Shown here in pieces: positions 10,215-22,997 of a stretch of 40,064 nt of DNA. The translations under genes and the position numbers were made by a program. Position 1 is the first letter of the stretch. The number at the start of each line of letters is the position of its first letter. Under the pieces are notes generated by a model. It saw only the letters and a list, made by a program, of their open reading frames with translations, did not search any database and was not told the origin of the DNA. Source of the stretch: Octopus bimaculoides (Eukaryota); contig NC_069002.1 in assembly GCF_001194135.2 (NCBI RefSeq), positions 26,423,107-26,463,170 of the forward strand, in the 5' to 3' direction.

Positions 10215-10401
10215 GTCTATATTATAGGATATGTATATATGTATATGTATATATTATATATGTGTATGTCTATATTATATGATATGTATATATGTATATG
10301 TATATATTATATATGTGTATGTCTATATTATATATGTATATGTATATATTATATGATATGATCAAAAAATCAAAATAAGCAGCACGGATTTTAAAGATGA
10401 T

Positions 10402-10489
10402 TGCAGTACGCACGTTTCATGCTACTCCATTTATTTAAGTAATGCGAGCATTACATTAAATGCAATATGTAGAGCAATCTTCAGCTGCA
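10402..10489 (-). ncRNA. type I hammerhead motif with long stem II insert, GUA site
   Basis: TGCAG-CTGAAGA-TTGCT...AGCAT-GAAA-CGTGCG-TA/CTGCA; stem I is a perfect 5 bp. Confidence 0.55.
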
Positions 10490-11451
10490 TGAAAATGTAG
10501 AAAATTACAGTAGAATAGACATATTATAATTGTGGCAACATTTCAAATCCAAGTGGGAAGAAGAATACATAAAAATCCATCTTGACATAGCCAAGGCTAT
10601 CAGGCTAGTAATTGGTTCTAGGCAGAATTCTAACCGTCTCTGATTTTATTGTCTCTTATCTAGTAGTTATAGTATAAGGGGCAGTGTATGTCTATATTAT
10701 ATGATATCTATATGTATGTATTATATGTTATGTATATATATGTATTATATGATATATATATATATATATATATGTATTATATATGATATATATATATATA
10801 TGTATGTATTATATGTATTGTATATGTATTATTTTATATATATATTAGGATATATGTATTATATATGTAATGATTAAATTATATATAATGCACTCTGTTG
10901 TGCTTTGTTATATGCATGATCCCTTCATCCATGAAAAAAATAGTCCTGCATGAGACTGATCCATGGTGCAGAAAAACATTGGAGACCAGTGCCGCAGAGG
11001 GTCCATGGTGCTGCACCTCCCTCCTGACTGAAGAATACCAAAAAGAAAACCGAAAATAACTAGCTGCTCTGTAACCGTCTCGAATTGCAATTGAGAACCA
11101 GCCATATTGTAAAGTATTCTAATACCTTTAATTCTCTCTCAGAAACCAAAGAGTAATGTGGTCTATCACAATTGTACTACTTTGAATTTTGATCGTCAAT
11201 TATGATCCCCAGTTTCATTGCCTTGATAGAGACATTTTAGACATTTGTATAAATACAAATCAAAGTTCTGTCCTCGTGTTCTAGACATCTGCATTCACAT
11301 GCCAAAAGGATAATAGTAACATTTATTGAAATTCTATGCTATTTATCTAAAGAGTTTTGGGTTTTTTTTTTCTTCTTCTTTTTACATCAAACTAGCAACC
11401 ATAGAAGGAAAACGAAAATGCAAGACAAAAACAAGTACCATTTTACTACAA

Positions 11452-12050
<599 letters not shown>

Positions 12051-12567
12051 CATCATTGATTTTTTTTATTATTAGTTGAAACGATTATTATTATTATTGG
12101 TATTATTTTTTAATTTTTCCTTTCTTATTACTTATTCCCATTATCATTATTGTCAAAAGTATTATTATTATTATTATTATTGTTATTATTATTATTGTTA
12201 TTATTATTATAAAATATTTCACTAAGCTTATAGAACTAATACACAATAGAGTTTGATTGCTGTGCTACAAGACAAGACATCTATATTTGTATGCTTATTT
12301 ATTTATTTTTTCTTTGTATTCTTTTACATTTATTTGTCATTTTATTCAAATTTTTGGTTGTCAAAAAAAAAAATATCTTTGAAAAATGATGCTAGAAAAT
12401 CTAACAGTTTTAAACTACAATCGACGTGATTTGCCGTTAGCCTCAATGTTTTCTGTTGAAAGTTATTTATGTGAAGGATTTCTATGACTGGAAGAAACAG
12501 TTATGCAATAATGCATTTTATGCGAAGACTGGAAGAGATCAAAGTGACTCTGATATGATAGAGATAG

Positions 12568-12715
12568 GTGCAGGTGTGGCTGAGCAGCTCAATTATCAAC
12601 CAAATGGTCTTGAGTTCAGTCTCAGTGTGTGGCACTTAGGCCACATGTTTTCTGCTGTAGACTTCGGCTGAACGATGTCTTCTGAATGGCTTTGGTGGAC
12701 AGAAACTGAACGTTA
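12568..12715 (+). mobile_element. SINE family B head, old
   Basis: GCAGGTGTGGCTGAG..GAGTTCAGTCTCAGTGTGTGGCACTTAGGC..GGACAGAAACTGAA. Confidence 0.6.
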
Positions 12716-12780
12716 TATGTGCCTGTGTGTGTGCATGCATACATGCAAGTGTGCATGCATACAGACAGACAAACAGACAG

Positions 12781-13230
12781 ATCAGTGAAAATACCTATGC
12801 TGAACTATTAAGAAATCTACACTTACTTTACCCAGATTACAAGTTCAGGTTTATACCTGTAATTATTGGGGACCTGGGATATGTAACACACTGCCTAAAT
12901 ACTAATCTTGAGAAATTAGGCTTCTCAAAACCAGAAAAGAGAAAGCTAATTCAAAGACTGCAGATCCAACCCATCACTGGAAATGTAAAAATCTGTAAAA
13001 CTTTCTAGAAGTTTATAATTTAACTATATATGAGCGTATCTAGATATGTAATTATATGCATGAGAACATATACATAAAACATAAAAATCTGCACATACAT
13101 ACATACGTGCATACAAACAAAATTACTCTATTGTTAATGTTGAAATTCCAATGAAGGAGGCTTGGATCCAGGTTAGAAACCAGTTCTTTCTCTAGTGGCA
13201 AGAAATCTTGAAATAAACTGAATAATGACA
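12781..13230 (+). mobile_element. R4/Dong-like (restriction-like endonuclease) non-LTR retrotransposon 3' fragment + 3' UTR
   Basis: ENTYAELLRNLHLLYPDYKFRFIPVIIGDLGYV..L..NLEKLGF...LQIQPITGNVKICKTF is the RLE C-terminal Y..L...IPVIIG.LG motif. Ends in (ACAT)n. Confidence 0.75.
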
Positions 13231-13252
13231 TACATACATCTATGGACCATTG

Positions 13253-13560
13253 ATAAGAAGTTTGCAAATCCAGTACCCACGATACACGTTCAGCATCATA
13301 CCTATTATTATTGGAGTAACAAGATGCATACCAACCCCTCTGAAGCAAAATATGGCTGAATTTAGGATCTTCAGGAGAGAATGCAAATCCTTAATTCATA
13401 TATGCTAGTAATAATCACAATATCTGGAACTATAGAAATCTGCAAGACCTCCTTAAGATTTAAAGTATAACAGTTAAGACAAGATACTTTCCCTTCCAAG
13501 CTTGCTATCAAGTAGGTGATTGGTTAAAATTTACTCTAAGTTAAAAAAAAAACAGAAGAA
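13253..13560 (+). mobile_element. second, divergent R4/Dong-like 3' fragment
   Basis: IRSLQIQYPRYTFSIIPIIIGVTRCIP..LKQN...(frameshift)ISGTIEICKTSLRFKV*. Ends in (CATA)n. Confidence 0.65.
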
Positions 13561-13614
13561 CATACATACATACCTACATATATATGAATAAATAAATAAA
13601 TTTGTAGTGTTATA

Positions 13615-13831
13615 CAAGGGGGTAGTGAAAAATTCCTGGCTTTGGGTAAAAGAAAATACACGAAGATCAGTTAATTATGATTTTATTCAACATATTTCCC
13701 TCACCAATTCACACACTTATTGCAGCAGTCCTTCAGTTTTTCAAAGCCCTGTAAAAGAAATCAGAAGGTTGGGCCTCCAGCCAGGCCTTTCGTGATACCC
13801 TTAAAGCCACAAACTTTTCAGCACCTCCTCA
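13615..13831 (-). mobile_element. internally deleted mariner (217 bp)
   Basis: TIRs CAAGGGGGTAGTGAAAAATTCCTGGCTTT / AAAGCCACAAACTTTTCAGCACCTCCTCA with TA flanks. Minus frame QGFEKLKDCCNKCVNW*GKYVE* is a mariner C-terminus. Confidence 0.75.
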
Positions 13832-14174
13832 TATAAAATTCATAGAATCATGTGGTTATCACATAAAGCTCATCTAGCAGATTCAGCTAACAGAGTACAT
13901 AATAATCCAATACAGAATTGAAACATTGGTGTAACCTTGATGAACCAGCTTTCTTTATCTGCATTAATTTGTAAATATACAATTGTTTTTATAATACACA
14001 GCATGTATATTAGTGCAGATATGTAAACACAATGTATTACACACAGTGGAATTATTATTACATGAAGAAGGCTGCAAAATGGCCCTAATTTTAAGACTGC
14101 CAAGTGGTTCAGTAAATATAATCACCTCTCATACTGACTCAGTTTTTATGGTTTACATCCAAATATGTAAGTGT

Positions 14175-14420
14175 GAAGGCACACAGCTCAGTGGTTAGAG
14201 CACCAGGCTTACAGCTTCAAGATAGTGAGTTCAATTCCCAGACTGGGTTGTGTGTGTTCAGCAAGACACTATTTCAAGTTGCTCCAGTTCACTCAGCTGC
14301 AGAAATGAGTTGCGATGTCACAGGTGCCAAGCTGTATATCAGCCTTTTGCCTTTCCCTTGGACAACATCAGTGGCATGGAGAGGAGGGGAGGCTGGTATG
14401 CATGGAGGTTGATCTGTACT
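14175..14420 (+). mobile_element. tRNA-derived SINE family C
   Basis: A box GCTCAGTGGTTAG and B box GAGTTCAATTCC; body shared with 19236-19490. Confidence 0.8.
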
Positions 14421-14578
14421 TCCAAGAAGGTTTAGGTCCTTATGATCCTTTAGAAAAAGATCAATTGTGAACTTTTATTCTGTCTGTATTCTTATATCTA
14501 CTTTTACTCTTTATTCTTCCATTTTATTCCTTATAAACTGTGAATCTCCCTGTGTAGAACTTTCATACACACTCACCA

Positions 14579-14656
14579 TGTCTCTGATGACGGAGTATCC
14601 AGTGTACAGACATGCTTGCCTATCACTTGGGATATCCCAGAAACAGCTGTAAAACT
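14579..14656 (+). ncRNA. type I hammerhead motif (ACAGCTGT family), decayed long stem II
   Basis: TGTCT-CTGATGA-CGGAGTATCC...GGGATATCCCA-GAAA-CAGCTG-TA/AAAC. Perfect palindromic stem III ACAGCTGT. Confidence 0.6.
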
Positions 14657-14750
14657 TCAAATTACCCTTACCCTAATTAAATTATTATAAATGATTTAAG
14701 ATACTTCATCCTCCTTTGGTTTTTGATGTCCTTTTCCTCTGATGTATGTG

Positions 14751-14785
<35 letters not shown>

Positions 14786-14818
14786 ATATTAGAAGGTTTG
14801 AAGGTGATGTACAGGTAT

Positions 14819-15007
14819 TATATATTAGAAACAATAAGGTACTCAGAGATCTGGATGGTTGTACATTTACAGATTTTTATTAAAATGTCACATGTTTTTA
14901 TAAATCATATAAATCAATATAGGATTTATAAAAACATATGACATATTGATAAAAATCTGTAAATGTACAACCATCCAGATCTCTGAGTACCTTATTTTTT
15001 CTAATAT

Positions 15008-15010
<3 letters not shown>
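14819..15010. repeat. 192 bp near-perfect foldback (~93 bp arms, 6 nt loop)
   Basis: Arms differ at about 5 positions; loop AATCAA at 14912-14917; embedded in TA repeats. Confidence 0.9.
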
Positions 15011-15066
<56 letters not shown>

Positions 15067-15199
15067 TCAATTTGAGGTTGTCAGGTCCTCATTAGGGATT
15101 AAATAATCCAAAATTTTCACTGGTTAATCCCTATCATATAAGGAGAAAGTCTCAGCAATATGTTAGGGATTATTATAGTAATCCATATTGTTAATATTT

Positions 15200-15416
15200 T
15201 TTTTTTCTACTCTAGGCACAAGGCCTGAAATTTTGTGGGGAGGAGGCCAGTCAATTAGATCGACTACAGTATGCAAATGGTACTTAATTTATCGACCCTG
15301 AAAGGATGAAAGGCAAAGTCGGCCTCGGTGGAATTTGAACTCAGAATGTTAAGACAGACGAAATACCATCAAGCATTTTGCCTGATGTGCTAGCGTTTCT
15401 GCCAGCTCGCCACCTT
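15200..15416 (-). mobile_element. SINE family A with probable ~13 bp TSD
   Basis: ATATTGTTAATAT (15185) and ATGTTGTTAATAT (15420) flank the copy. Confidence 0.85.
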
Positions 15417-15534
15417 AACATGTTGTTAATATCGAAAGAAAGGAAATGGAGAAATGTGGATGTATAAATAATTTATTTGCATGATATAATGAGGTTGAAG
15501 GTTTTATATATATATATATGTCACATATAAAGCA

Positions 15535-15740
15535 CCCATGCTGGCGCCATGAAAGAACCTGTGCTGGCACCACATAAAAAGCATCAAGTGAAGTGGTTGG
15601 CATTAGGAATGGCACACAGCTGCAAAAAGCATGCCAAAACAGACAATTGGAGCCTGGTGCAGCTCTCCAGCCATGCCAGCTCCTGTCAAACCGTCTGACC
15701 CATGCCAGCAAGGAAAGCGAACATCAAATGATGATGATGA
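15535..15740 (+). mobile_element. SINE/RTE-tail element family D
   Basis: GTGGTTGGCATTAGGAA..GGAGCCTGGTGCAG..ACCCATGCCAGCAAGGAAAGCG + (GAT)n; homologous to 33636-33792. Confidence 0.75.
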
Positions 15741-16574
15741 CGACAACGATGAGAACACAAACATAAAAACAAGTGAAAATCAATCACAACCAAATGGAAA
15801 ACATCTCAGTGTCCTAAATCCATAACAGGTTCTAATGCGTCTAGTTTTTTTTTTCTTTCTCTGTTTAAATGCATGTATTCACTTCTTTATTAAACACATC
15901 CTTCCTTCTTCTCTTGACTGTGTGGGGGGTGGGGGTGGAGGTGCGCGTTCTGCCTGCATAACAATATGTAACGTTTTTAGCAGTTATATTCCATAGAATG
16001 CCTTCATTTAACCTCATCAAACAGTGGAGTCTATTGGCAGCTAGATTCTGTGATAAATATATTTTGATGATTTATTTTTGTGTCAAATAACAGTATTGCT
16101 CCTTTCTATCTATCTAACTATCTATATCCATTTATCCATTTATCTATCTATCTATCCATTTATCCATTTATCTATCTATCTATCCATTTATCTATCTATC
16201 TTTCTTTCTTTTTCTCCTTTCTTTGTTTATGTTGCATCATGGGAATTACATAGCTTAACAGCATTTTTCCAGAATAATTCAGAGGAGGAGAGATTTGTAG
16301 TTTGATGTTAATTGCAAACGCTCAATTAGAAGTAGTACAGCTGCATCAAGGAATGAATAAAGGATGGCAGAGTCGGTTATTTGGTTGGAATATATTGAAT
16401 TGGCAGAGCTGGAACTGCGAACAGAATAACACATTCAAGGTGGGTGGGGTTGGAGTATGGAGTTACATATATACATGTACATATGTACACAACACATAAA
16501 TACACAAATATTCTTATCTCTCTCTACACACACATATATATATCATTACAGAAATACACTCAAACATATACTTG

Positions 16575-16610
<36 letters not shown>

Positions 16611-16621
16611 TNNNNNNNNNN

Positions 16622-16663
<42 letters not shown>

Positions 16664-16975
16664 TTGTTGAGCATTTGTGGAATCCTGTGGCTTTCACAGA
16701 AAGCTCCTCTTGTGGATCTTGCTACCATATCACATAGTAATCCAATATAGATTAGTATAATGTGGAATTCCATGCAGCTGAAATCCAGAAGATCCAGTCT
16801 ATGAAATTATTTCATGAGGTGTGCATAGATATCAACCACTTGATATACCACTGATATCAAATGGTTGGCTTTTTATGCTCTTTTTCCCTGTCTCTCTCTA
16901 TCTTTCTGTCTATCTGTCTGTCTGTCTCTCTGTCTCTCTCTCTGTCTCTCTCGATATATATATATATATATATAG

Positions 16976-17010
<35 letters not shown>

Positions 17011-17011
17011 G

Positions 17012-17061
<50 letters not shown>

Positions 17062-17744
17062 GTGCATCTGTGTGTGTGAAAGAGTGTGTGTAAATTATTA
17101 TCATGTTTTTAAAATTATTTTTACACTTAGGAGTTCAGGAACGAAGTACATTTGCTTTAAAAATGCTGTGTTTGTGTCATTTTCCAAAATGCAAATACAT
17201 TTTCTCCAGTGATGTCCGACATTCCAAAAGATATCAATCAATTTAATGACTTCTATTATAAAAAGAACAATANNNNNNNNNNNNNNNNNNNNNNNNNNNN
17301 NNNNNNNNNNNNNNNNNNNNNNNNNNNNNNNNNNNNNNNNNNNNNNNNTTTATTGGATTCTCAGAGAGAGAAACTATTCTAAGAAAAAACAACTTTTTAA
17401 AAATGTTTTTAAAGCTGTAAATAACATCGAAAATCTCCTTAAATGGTTCCTGCTACCACTTCTTGTTGTCTTCTTCTTTGCTTCCTCCTCCTCCCCCTCC
17501 CCCTCCTCATTCATTTGCATATTTATTTAATCATTCTTTTATTGTGAAAGCTTGACAACAAAAGTAGCCCATCTTATTTTTTTCTTCATACTGGGGAAGA
17601 ATTCTTCTATGTTGACGTATATCTAAATTTTCACACTCACATGTACTCACACACACACACACACACACAGGTATATGTATATTTATGTATATAAATCGTG
17701 TGCGTATATTTGTGAGTATATATATTGTATATTTGTATTTGTGT

Positions 17745-18052
17745 ATTCTTTTATTTGTTTTAGTCATTTGACTGCGGCCAGGCTGGAGCACCGCCTTTAG
17801 TCAAACAAATCGATCCCAGGACTTATTCTTTGTAAACCTAGTACTTATTCTACCGGTCTCTTTTGCCAAACCCCTAAGTTACGGGGACGCGAACACACCA
17901 ACACCAGCTGTCAAATGATGGTGGGGGACAAACACAAACACACACACGACCGGCTTCTTTCAGTTTCCATCTACCAAATCCACTCACAAGGCTTTGGTTG
18001 GCTGAATGCGGAACCATGTGGTTGGTAAGCAAGCTACTTACGACACAGCCAC
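17745..18052 (-). mobile_element. SINE family B, near full length with internal deletion
   Basis: GGAGCACCGCCTTTAGTC...GTTACGGGGACG...CCATGTGGTTGGTAAGCAAGCTACTTAC; CpG-rich and abuts a gap. Confidence 0.85.
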
Positions 18053-18696
18053 NNNNNNNNNNNNNNNNNNNNNNNNNNNNNNNNNNNNNNNNNNNNNNNN
18101 NNNNNNNNNNNNNNNNNNNNNNNNNNNNNNNNNNNNNNNNNNNNNNNNNNNNNNNNNNNNNNNNNNNNNNNNNNNNNNNNNNNNNNNNNNNNNNNNNNNN
18201 NNNNNNNNNNNNNNNNNNNNNNNNNNNNNNNNNNNNNNNNNNNNNNNNNNNNNNNNNNNNNNNNNNNNNNNNNNNNNNNNNNNNNNNNNNNNNNNNNNNN
18301 NNNNNNNNNNNNNNNNNNNNNNNNNNNNNNNNNNNNNNNNNNNNNNNNNNNNNNNNNNNNNNNNNNNNNNNNNNNNNNNNNNNNNNNNNNNNNNNNNNNN
18401 NNNNNNNNNNNNNNNNNNNNNNNNNNNNNNNNNNNNNNNNNNNNNNNNNNNNNNNNNNNNNNNNNNNNNNNNNNNNNNNGAGAGAGTTAGGGGTTGGGGG
18501 TTCAACCCACTAAGGGATAGTATCTATCCAGCTGGTAAAATGGAGCTGATAAGGATGGACTCATCGCTTAAGGACATACCTATCCCACCTAAAGGCACAT
18601 ATGTTAAGGAACTAATCTTAAGATGAATTCAACGGGATACACCGTCTGCAAGTAGTTGGGTTCAGCATATTATCCTCCATTTTCTAATTGTTACAC

Positions 18697-18743
<47 letters not shown>

Positions 18744-18777
18744 TAGAGAGATAGATAGATAGATAGATATATGTATT

Positions 18778-19186
18778 TTCTTTTACTTGTTTGTCATTTT
18801 ACTGAGGCTATACTGGAGCACCACCTTTAGTTGAAGAAATCAACCTGAGGACTTATTCTTTGTAAGCCTGGTACTCGTTCTATCGGTTTCTTTTGCTGAA
18901 CTGCTAAGTTACAAGGATGTAAACACACCAACACCAGTTGTCAAGTGATGGTCAGGGGACAAACACGCACATGCACACACACACACATACACTCACACAC
19001 ACACACATCCACACACACATACACATATATAAGATGGGCTTCTTTCAGTTTCCGTCAAGCAAATCCACTCACAGGGCTTTGGTTGGCCTGAGGCAATAGT
19101 AGAAGACGCTTGCCCAAGCTGTCACACTGTGGGACTGAACCCAGTACCATGTGGTTGGTAAGCAAGCTTCTTATCACATTGCCACT

Positions 19187-19188
<2 letters not shown>
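18778..19188 (-). mobile_element. SINE family B with internal (CA)n
   Basis: Collinear with 24290-24668. Confidence 0.85.
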
Positions 19189-19228
<40 letters not shown>

Positions 19229-19235
19229 TGTGTGT

Positions 19236-19490
19236 GAAGGCACGTGGCTCAGTGGTTAGAACATCAGAATCATAGTCATGAGGTAGTGAGTTCAATTCCT
19301 GGACCATTTATTTCATGTTGCTCCAGTTCACTCTGCTGACGTCACAGGTGCCAAGCTGTATTGGCCCCTTTGCCTTTCCCTTGGATGACATTAGTGGTAT
19401 GGAGAGGAGGGGAGGCTGGTATGCATGGACAACTGCTGGTCTTCCATAAACAACCTTGCCCGGACTTGTGCCTTGGAGAGTAACTTTCAA
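19236..19490 (+). mobile_element. SINE family C (internal deletion)
   Basis: GGCACGTGGCTCAGTGGTTAG..GAGTTCAATTCC; shares body with 14175-14420. Confidence 0.8.
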
Positions 19491-19494
19491 AGTG

Positions 19495-19780
19495 CAATCA
19501 CCACCACCACCATCATCATCCACAACATTGTCATCATCATCATCATCCTCACCTACCCCCATCACCATAATTGCAATTATAATCATCATTATCACTGCCA
19601 CCATCACCATCATTACCACCAAAACTCCCTTCACCACCACCACCACCACCACCATTCTCGTGATCATCACCACCATTGCTACCCCACCACCAATGTCACA
19701 GATCATCATCATCATCATCACAACCCCCTTCGTTATCATCAACAACAACAACAACAACAGCAACCAACATACCACTATAT
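19495..19780. repeat. degenerate (CAT)/(CAC)/(CAA) trinucleotide tract
   Basis: Source of the His/Ile/Thr-rich pseudo-ORFs. Confidence 0.9.
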
Positions 19781-20071
19781 TTTAGTCAACCACGCTAACG
19801 AGGAGGTTTGTAATTAAACCAAAATATGAATTTCATAAACCCAAAACTCCCCACTTCCTCATTTCCAGCACGAAATGGCTTCTTGTAGAGATGCTCCAGC
19901 CACAAGTGAGACTCTTGAGTTACTGAAATCGTTCTGAGCGTGGGAATAACAGTTCTCTGAGAATAGTTTCAACTAATTCTTTAACTAAAGGAAATTTTCT
20001 ACACCCATTCCATTTTGGCTGTCAAATGGCAATCTTCAGGTCATTCATGAGTAATTAATTGGGTATATATA

Positions 20072-20265
20072 CAGGGTGCAAGGGGTAAATTATTGCCATT
20101 TTCTATTTTTGGTTTCGTGCATGTGCATTGCTTGTTTTTGATTTTGTCAATTACACAGCATAGTAGGGTCAGTTGGGCACCGTCTGTGAGAAAAGCAGTA
20201 CAGTGACTCAAATCACTCCACCAGAAACTTGAAAACAACATGCTGTACTGCTTGGCATTCATGCC
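20072..20265 (+). mobile_element. 5' end of Tc1/mariner element (maT/DD37D-like?), truncated by a SINE
   Basis: TA-CAGGGTG terminus, then frame VTQITPPET*KQHAVLLGIHA resembling a transposase N-terminus. Confidence 0.4.
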
Positions 20266-20464
20266 AGGCCAGTACTCTCAAGGGGAAGGGTTTAGTTGAT
20301 TACACTGACCCCAGTACTCGACTGGTACTTAATTTATTGACCCCGATGAGATGAAAGACAAAGTTGACTTTGGTAGAATTTGAACTCAGAATGTAAAGAC
20401 AGATGAAATGCTGCTAAGCATTTTGTCCAGCATGTTAATGATTCTGCCTGCCTGCCTGTCACTT
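20266..20464 (-). mobile_element. SINE family A
   Basis: ACTGGTACTTAATTTATTGACCCC..GAATTTGAACTCAGAA. Confidence 0.8.
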
Positions 20465-20539
20465 TAGCAATAGTAATAATAACAACAACTTCAACAACAA
20501 TAATAATAATAATCTGTGTACATAAATTTGGTACATAAT

Positions 20540-20840
20540 AAATTGGATTAGTGGATGAACTGATTAATCAAAGTGTTATGTCGGTGTAAATACCAAATGG
20601 ATGATGCTGATAGTTTAATCAATCACTAGTATTGGTTTAGTTCCATTCGATCAATCACAGCTGCCATGGATTAAAGATTTAGTCTAGTGAAGAAATTTAT
20701 CAATATTGATGTTGAGTAATGATTTAGTCTTGTTGAATCAATCAATCATTACTGGCATGGTAATGTAGATTAACGATTTAGTTCAATCAATCACTGCAGT
20801 GAAATATTAACGATCTAGCCTAACTAATCAATCATCAACA
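20540..20840. repeat. degenerate minisatellite (GATTTAGT..AATCAATCACT); related tract at 23230-23375
   Basis: The motif recurs every ~35-50 bp at both loci. Confidence 0.55.
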
Positions 20841-21054
20841 AATAAATGAATAAAATAAATAAGAATAGTGTTGCTATCATTCACAATCGAGCATGACCAG
20901 GTACCAACGTCATCACACTCATTATGACCATTACTGTCAGCATCGTCATCATCAACGGCAGCAGTAGCAACAGCAATAATTCTTGCTAATTATCTTATGT
21001 TTTTGTGTAATTGCAATCAGATATAATAGACACCCTTGTCGCTATCCCTCCCCC

Positions 21055-21563
21055 TTAAACCCCTTAGCATTTAAATCAACCATATCTGACGAAAATACTC
21101 AATGTGTTCAATGTGTTTCGTGTTCAAACCAGCTAGATCCAGCTCCCACCTCTTACACCTACCCTGCAATATTCTCGCTGTTTTATGTGCAACCCAGCCA
21201 GATCTGGCCTGTTATGCTCACCCTACAATGTCATTCTAAAAATAAACAATCACATCATTGGAATCTCGAAGCCATCAGATAATGCATGATTAATTCCAAA
21301 CAATGTAAATAAATAAGGGTTATATTTGATACAGTACTCTGAATACTAATGGGTTAAACTAGCCATATCTGGCTCGAATATTCTACCTGTTTTATGTTCA
21401 AACTCGCCAGATCCAGCCTGTCACACCTACCTTACAATGTCATTCCAAAACATAGTCACGTCATTGAAATCTCAAAGCTATGAGATAATTCATGATTAAT
21501 TCAAAACAATGTGAATAAATAAGCATTACATTCGACAGAGTAATCTGAGAGCTAAAAGGTTAA
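21055..21563 (-). mobile_element. piggyBac-like TTAA MITE, tandem dimer (same family as 3330-3740)
   Basis: TTAA at 21055, 21354 (junction GGGTTAA) and 21560. Confidence 0.7.
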
Positions 21564-21847
21564 TCCAGTGGATTATGACGATGTGAGGGTTAAAGATATG
21601 AACCAACTGTACCAACACTCAGCTGGTTCTCATTTTCAACTGAGCAGACTTAAATAATGTGAAAAGAAGCACCTTATTCAAGTATGCTGAGCACTGCCCA
21701 GTCCAGAAGTTGAACTTAAGACCTTGCAATCATAAGGTAATCTTTAACTCCAACTTAATCTGGAGATTGTATTGGAACACAAAATATTGTGTTATTTGCC
21801 TTGAGAGGATTTCTCATAAGGACTCGTAGTGCATAAAAGTACTCATG

Positions 21848-22086
21848 TTTCTTATTTCTTTATTGCCCACAAGGGGCTAAACATAGAGGGGACAAACAAG
21901 GACAGACAAAGGGATTAAGTCGATTACATCGACCTCAGTGCGCAACTGGTACTTAATTTATTGACCCCGAAAGGATGAAAGGTAAAGTCGACCGTGGCGG
22001 AATTTGAACTCAGAACATAACGGCAGATGAAATCCCGCTAAGCATTTCGCCCGGCGTGCTAACGATTCTGCCAGCTCGCCGCCTTC
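21848..22086 (-). mobile_element. SINE family A, young long-tail variant
   Basis: CpG-rich copy ending GCCAGCTCGCCGCC with tail TTATTGCCCACAAGGGGC. Confidence 0.9.
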
Positions 22087-22122
22087 TCATGTTTATATTG
22101 TTGACTGCTACGGTCACTGCAA

Positions 22123-22169
22123 CTGCCAGATCACATGATTTCACTCTGCTATGGGTTCCTCAGTGACAG
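22123..22169 (-). ncRNA. type I hammerhead, AUC site
   Basis: CTGTCA-CTGAGGA-ACCC atagca GAGT-GAAA-TCATGTGA-TC/TGGCAG; 6 bp stem I. Confidence 0.75.
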
Positions 22170-22607
22170 ATGTCCAACAGCAGTATAACACCCGAATTCC
22201 CTGTCAACAATATTTAGAATATCAGTGGAGATTATGTTGGATCACAGAATACTGTGTCATTTACCTTGCAATGACCTCCCATATGGACTTGAGCATGAGC
22301 TGGCAGCTCTGGTTCTCTGGTAGCAGATGGTTCTCACCTGCCAATGATATAAACACATGTGCTTTTATGCACCAAGAGTCCTTATGAGAGATCCTCTCAA
22401 GGTAAGTAGTGCAGTACTCTGTGTTCTAACATAACTTCCACATTAAGCTGGACATCAAGATTGTCTTTTGGTATTAATACTGTCTTTATTGACATTAATT
22501 AATTTCTAATTAGCCTACTGGCTATTTGTGACACTAGTGCTTGAGTAGACACTGATATTCTATATATAGCTGATGGGAGATTCAGCTGTTCTGCTACTGC
22601 TGGATAT

Positions 22608-22654
22608 CTATCACTGAAGAACCCACAGCAGGATGAAATCACGTGATCTGGCAA
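22608..22654 (+). ncRNA. type I hammerhead, AUC site
   Basis: CTATCA-CTGAAGA-ACCC acagca GGAT-GAAA-TCACGTGA-TC/TGGCAA; perfect palindrome ATCACGTGAT. Confidence 0.75.
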
Positions 22655-22950
22655 TTCCAGTGGCCATAGCAGACGGTTCTCTTCTGTCAATGATATAATA
22701 AGTATTTTTATGCACCACAAGCCCTTATGAGAGGTCTTCTCATGGTAAATAACTCAGTATTCTGGTTCTAAAACAACCTTCATATTAAGTTGGAGATGAA
22801 GATTATCTTCCGGTATTCATGCTGCTTCAGTCACTGTTAATTATTTTTTAATAAACCCACTGACAATTTTGCAACACCAGTGCCTAAATAAACACTGATA
22901 TTCTATATATCACTAGCAGAAGTTCCAGCTCTTGTGATGAGGCTGGATGT

Positions 22951-22997
22951 CTTTCACTGAAAAATATATAGCAGGGTGAAATCACAGGATCTGACTC
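22951..22997 (+). ncRNA. decayed type I hammerhead
   Basis: CTTTCA-CTGAAAA-ATAT atagca GGGT-GAAA-TCACAGGA-TC/TGACTC; 343 nt after the previous site. Confidence 0.55.

Noticed and set aside
11029-11070. Isolated CTGANGA matches (11029, 18846, 21087, 26057, 36021, 36162; minus at 13368, 20033, 32369, 33730, 34627)
   Set aside because: None has a correctly placed stem II, GAAA and stem I/III; several lie inside SINE, MITE or transposase sequence.
16301-16440. Trp-rich open frame ending at AAG|GTGGGT
   Set aside because: Weak acceptor and no recognisable homology.
19905-20030. Possible minus-strand exon PKWNGCRKFPLVKELVETILRELLFP
   Set aside because: Mediocre splice sites and no recognisable family.
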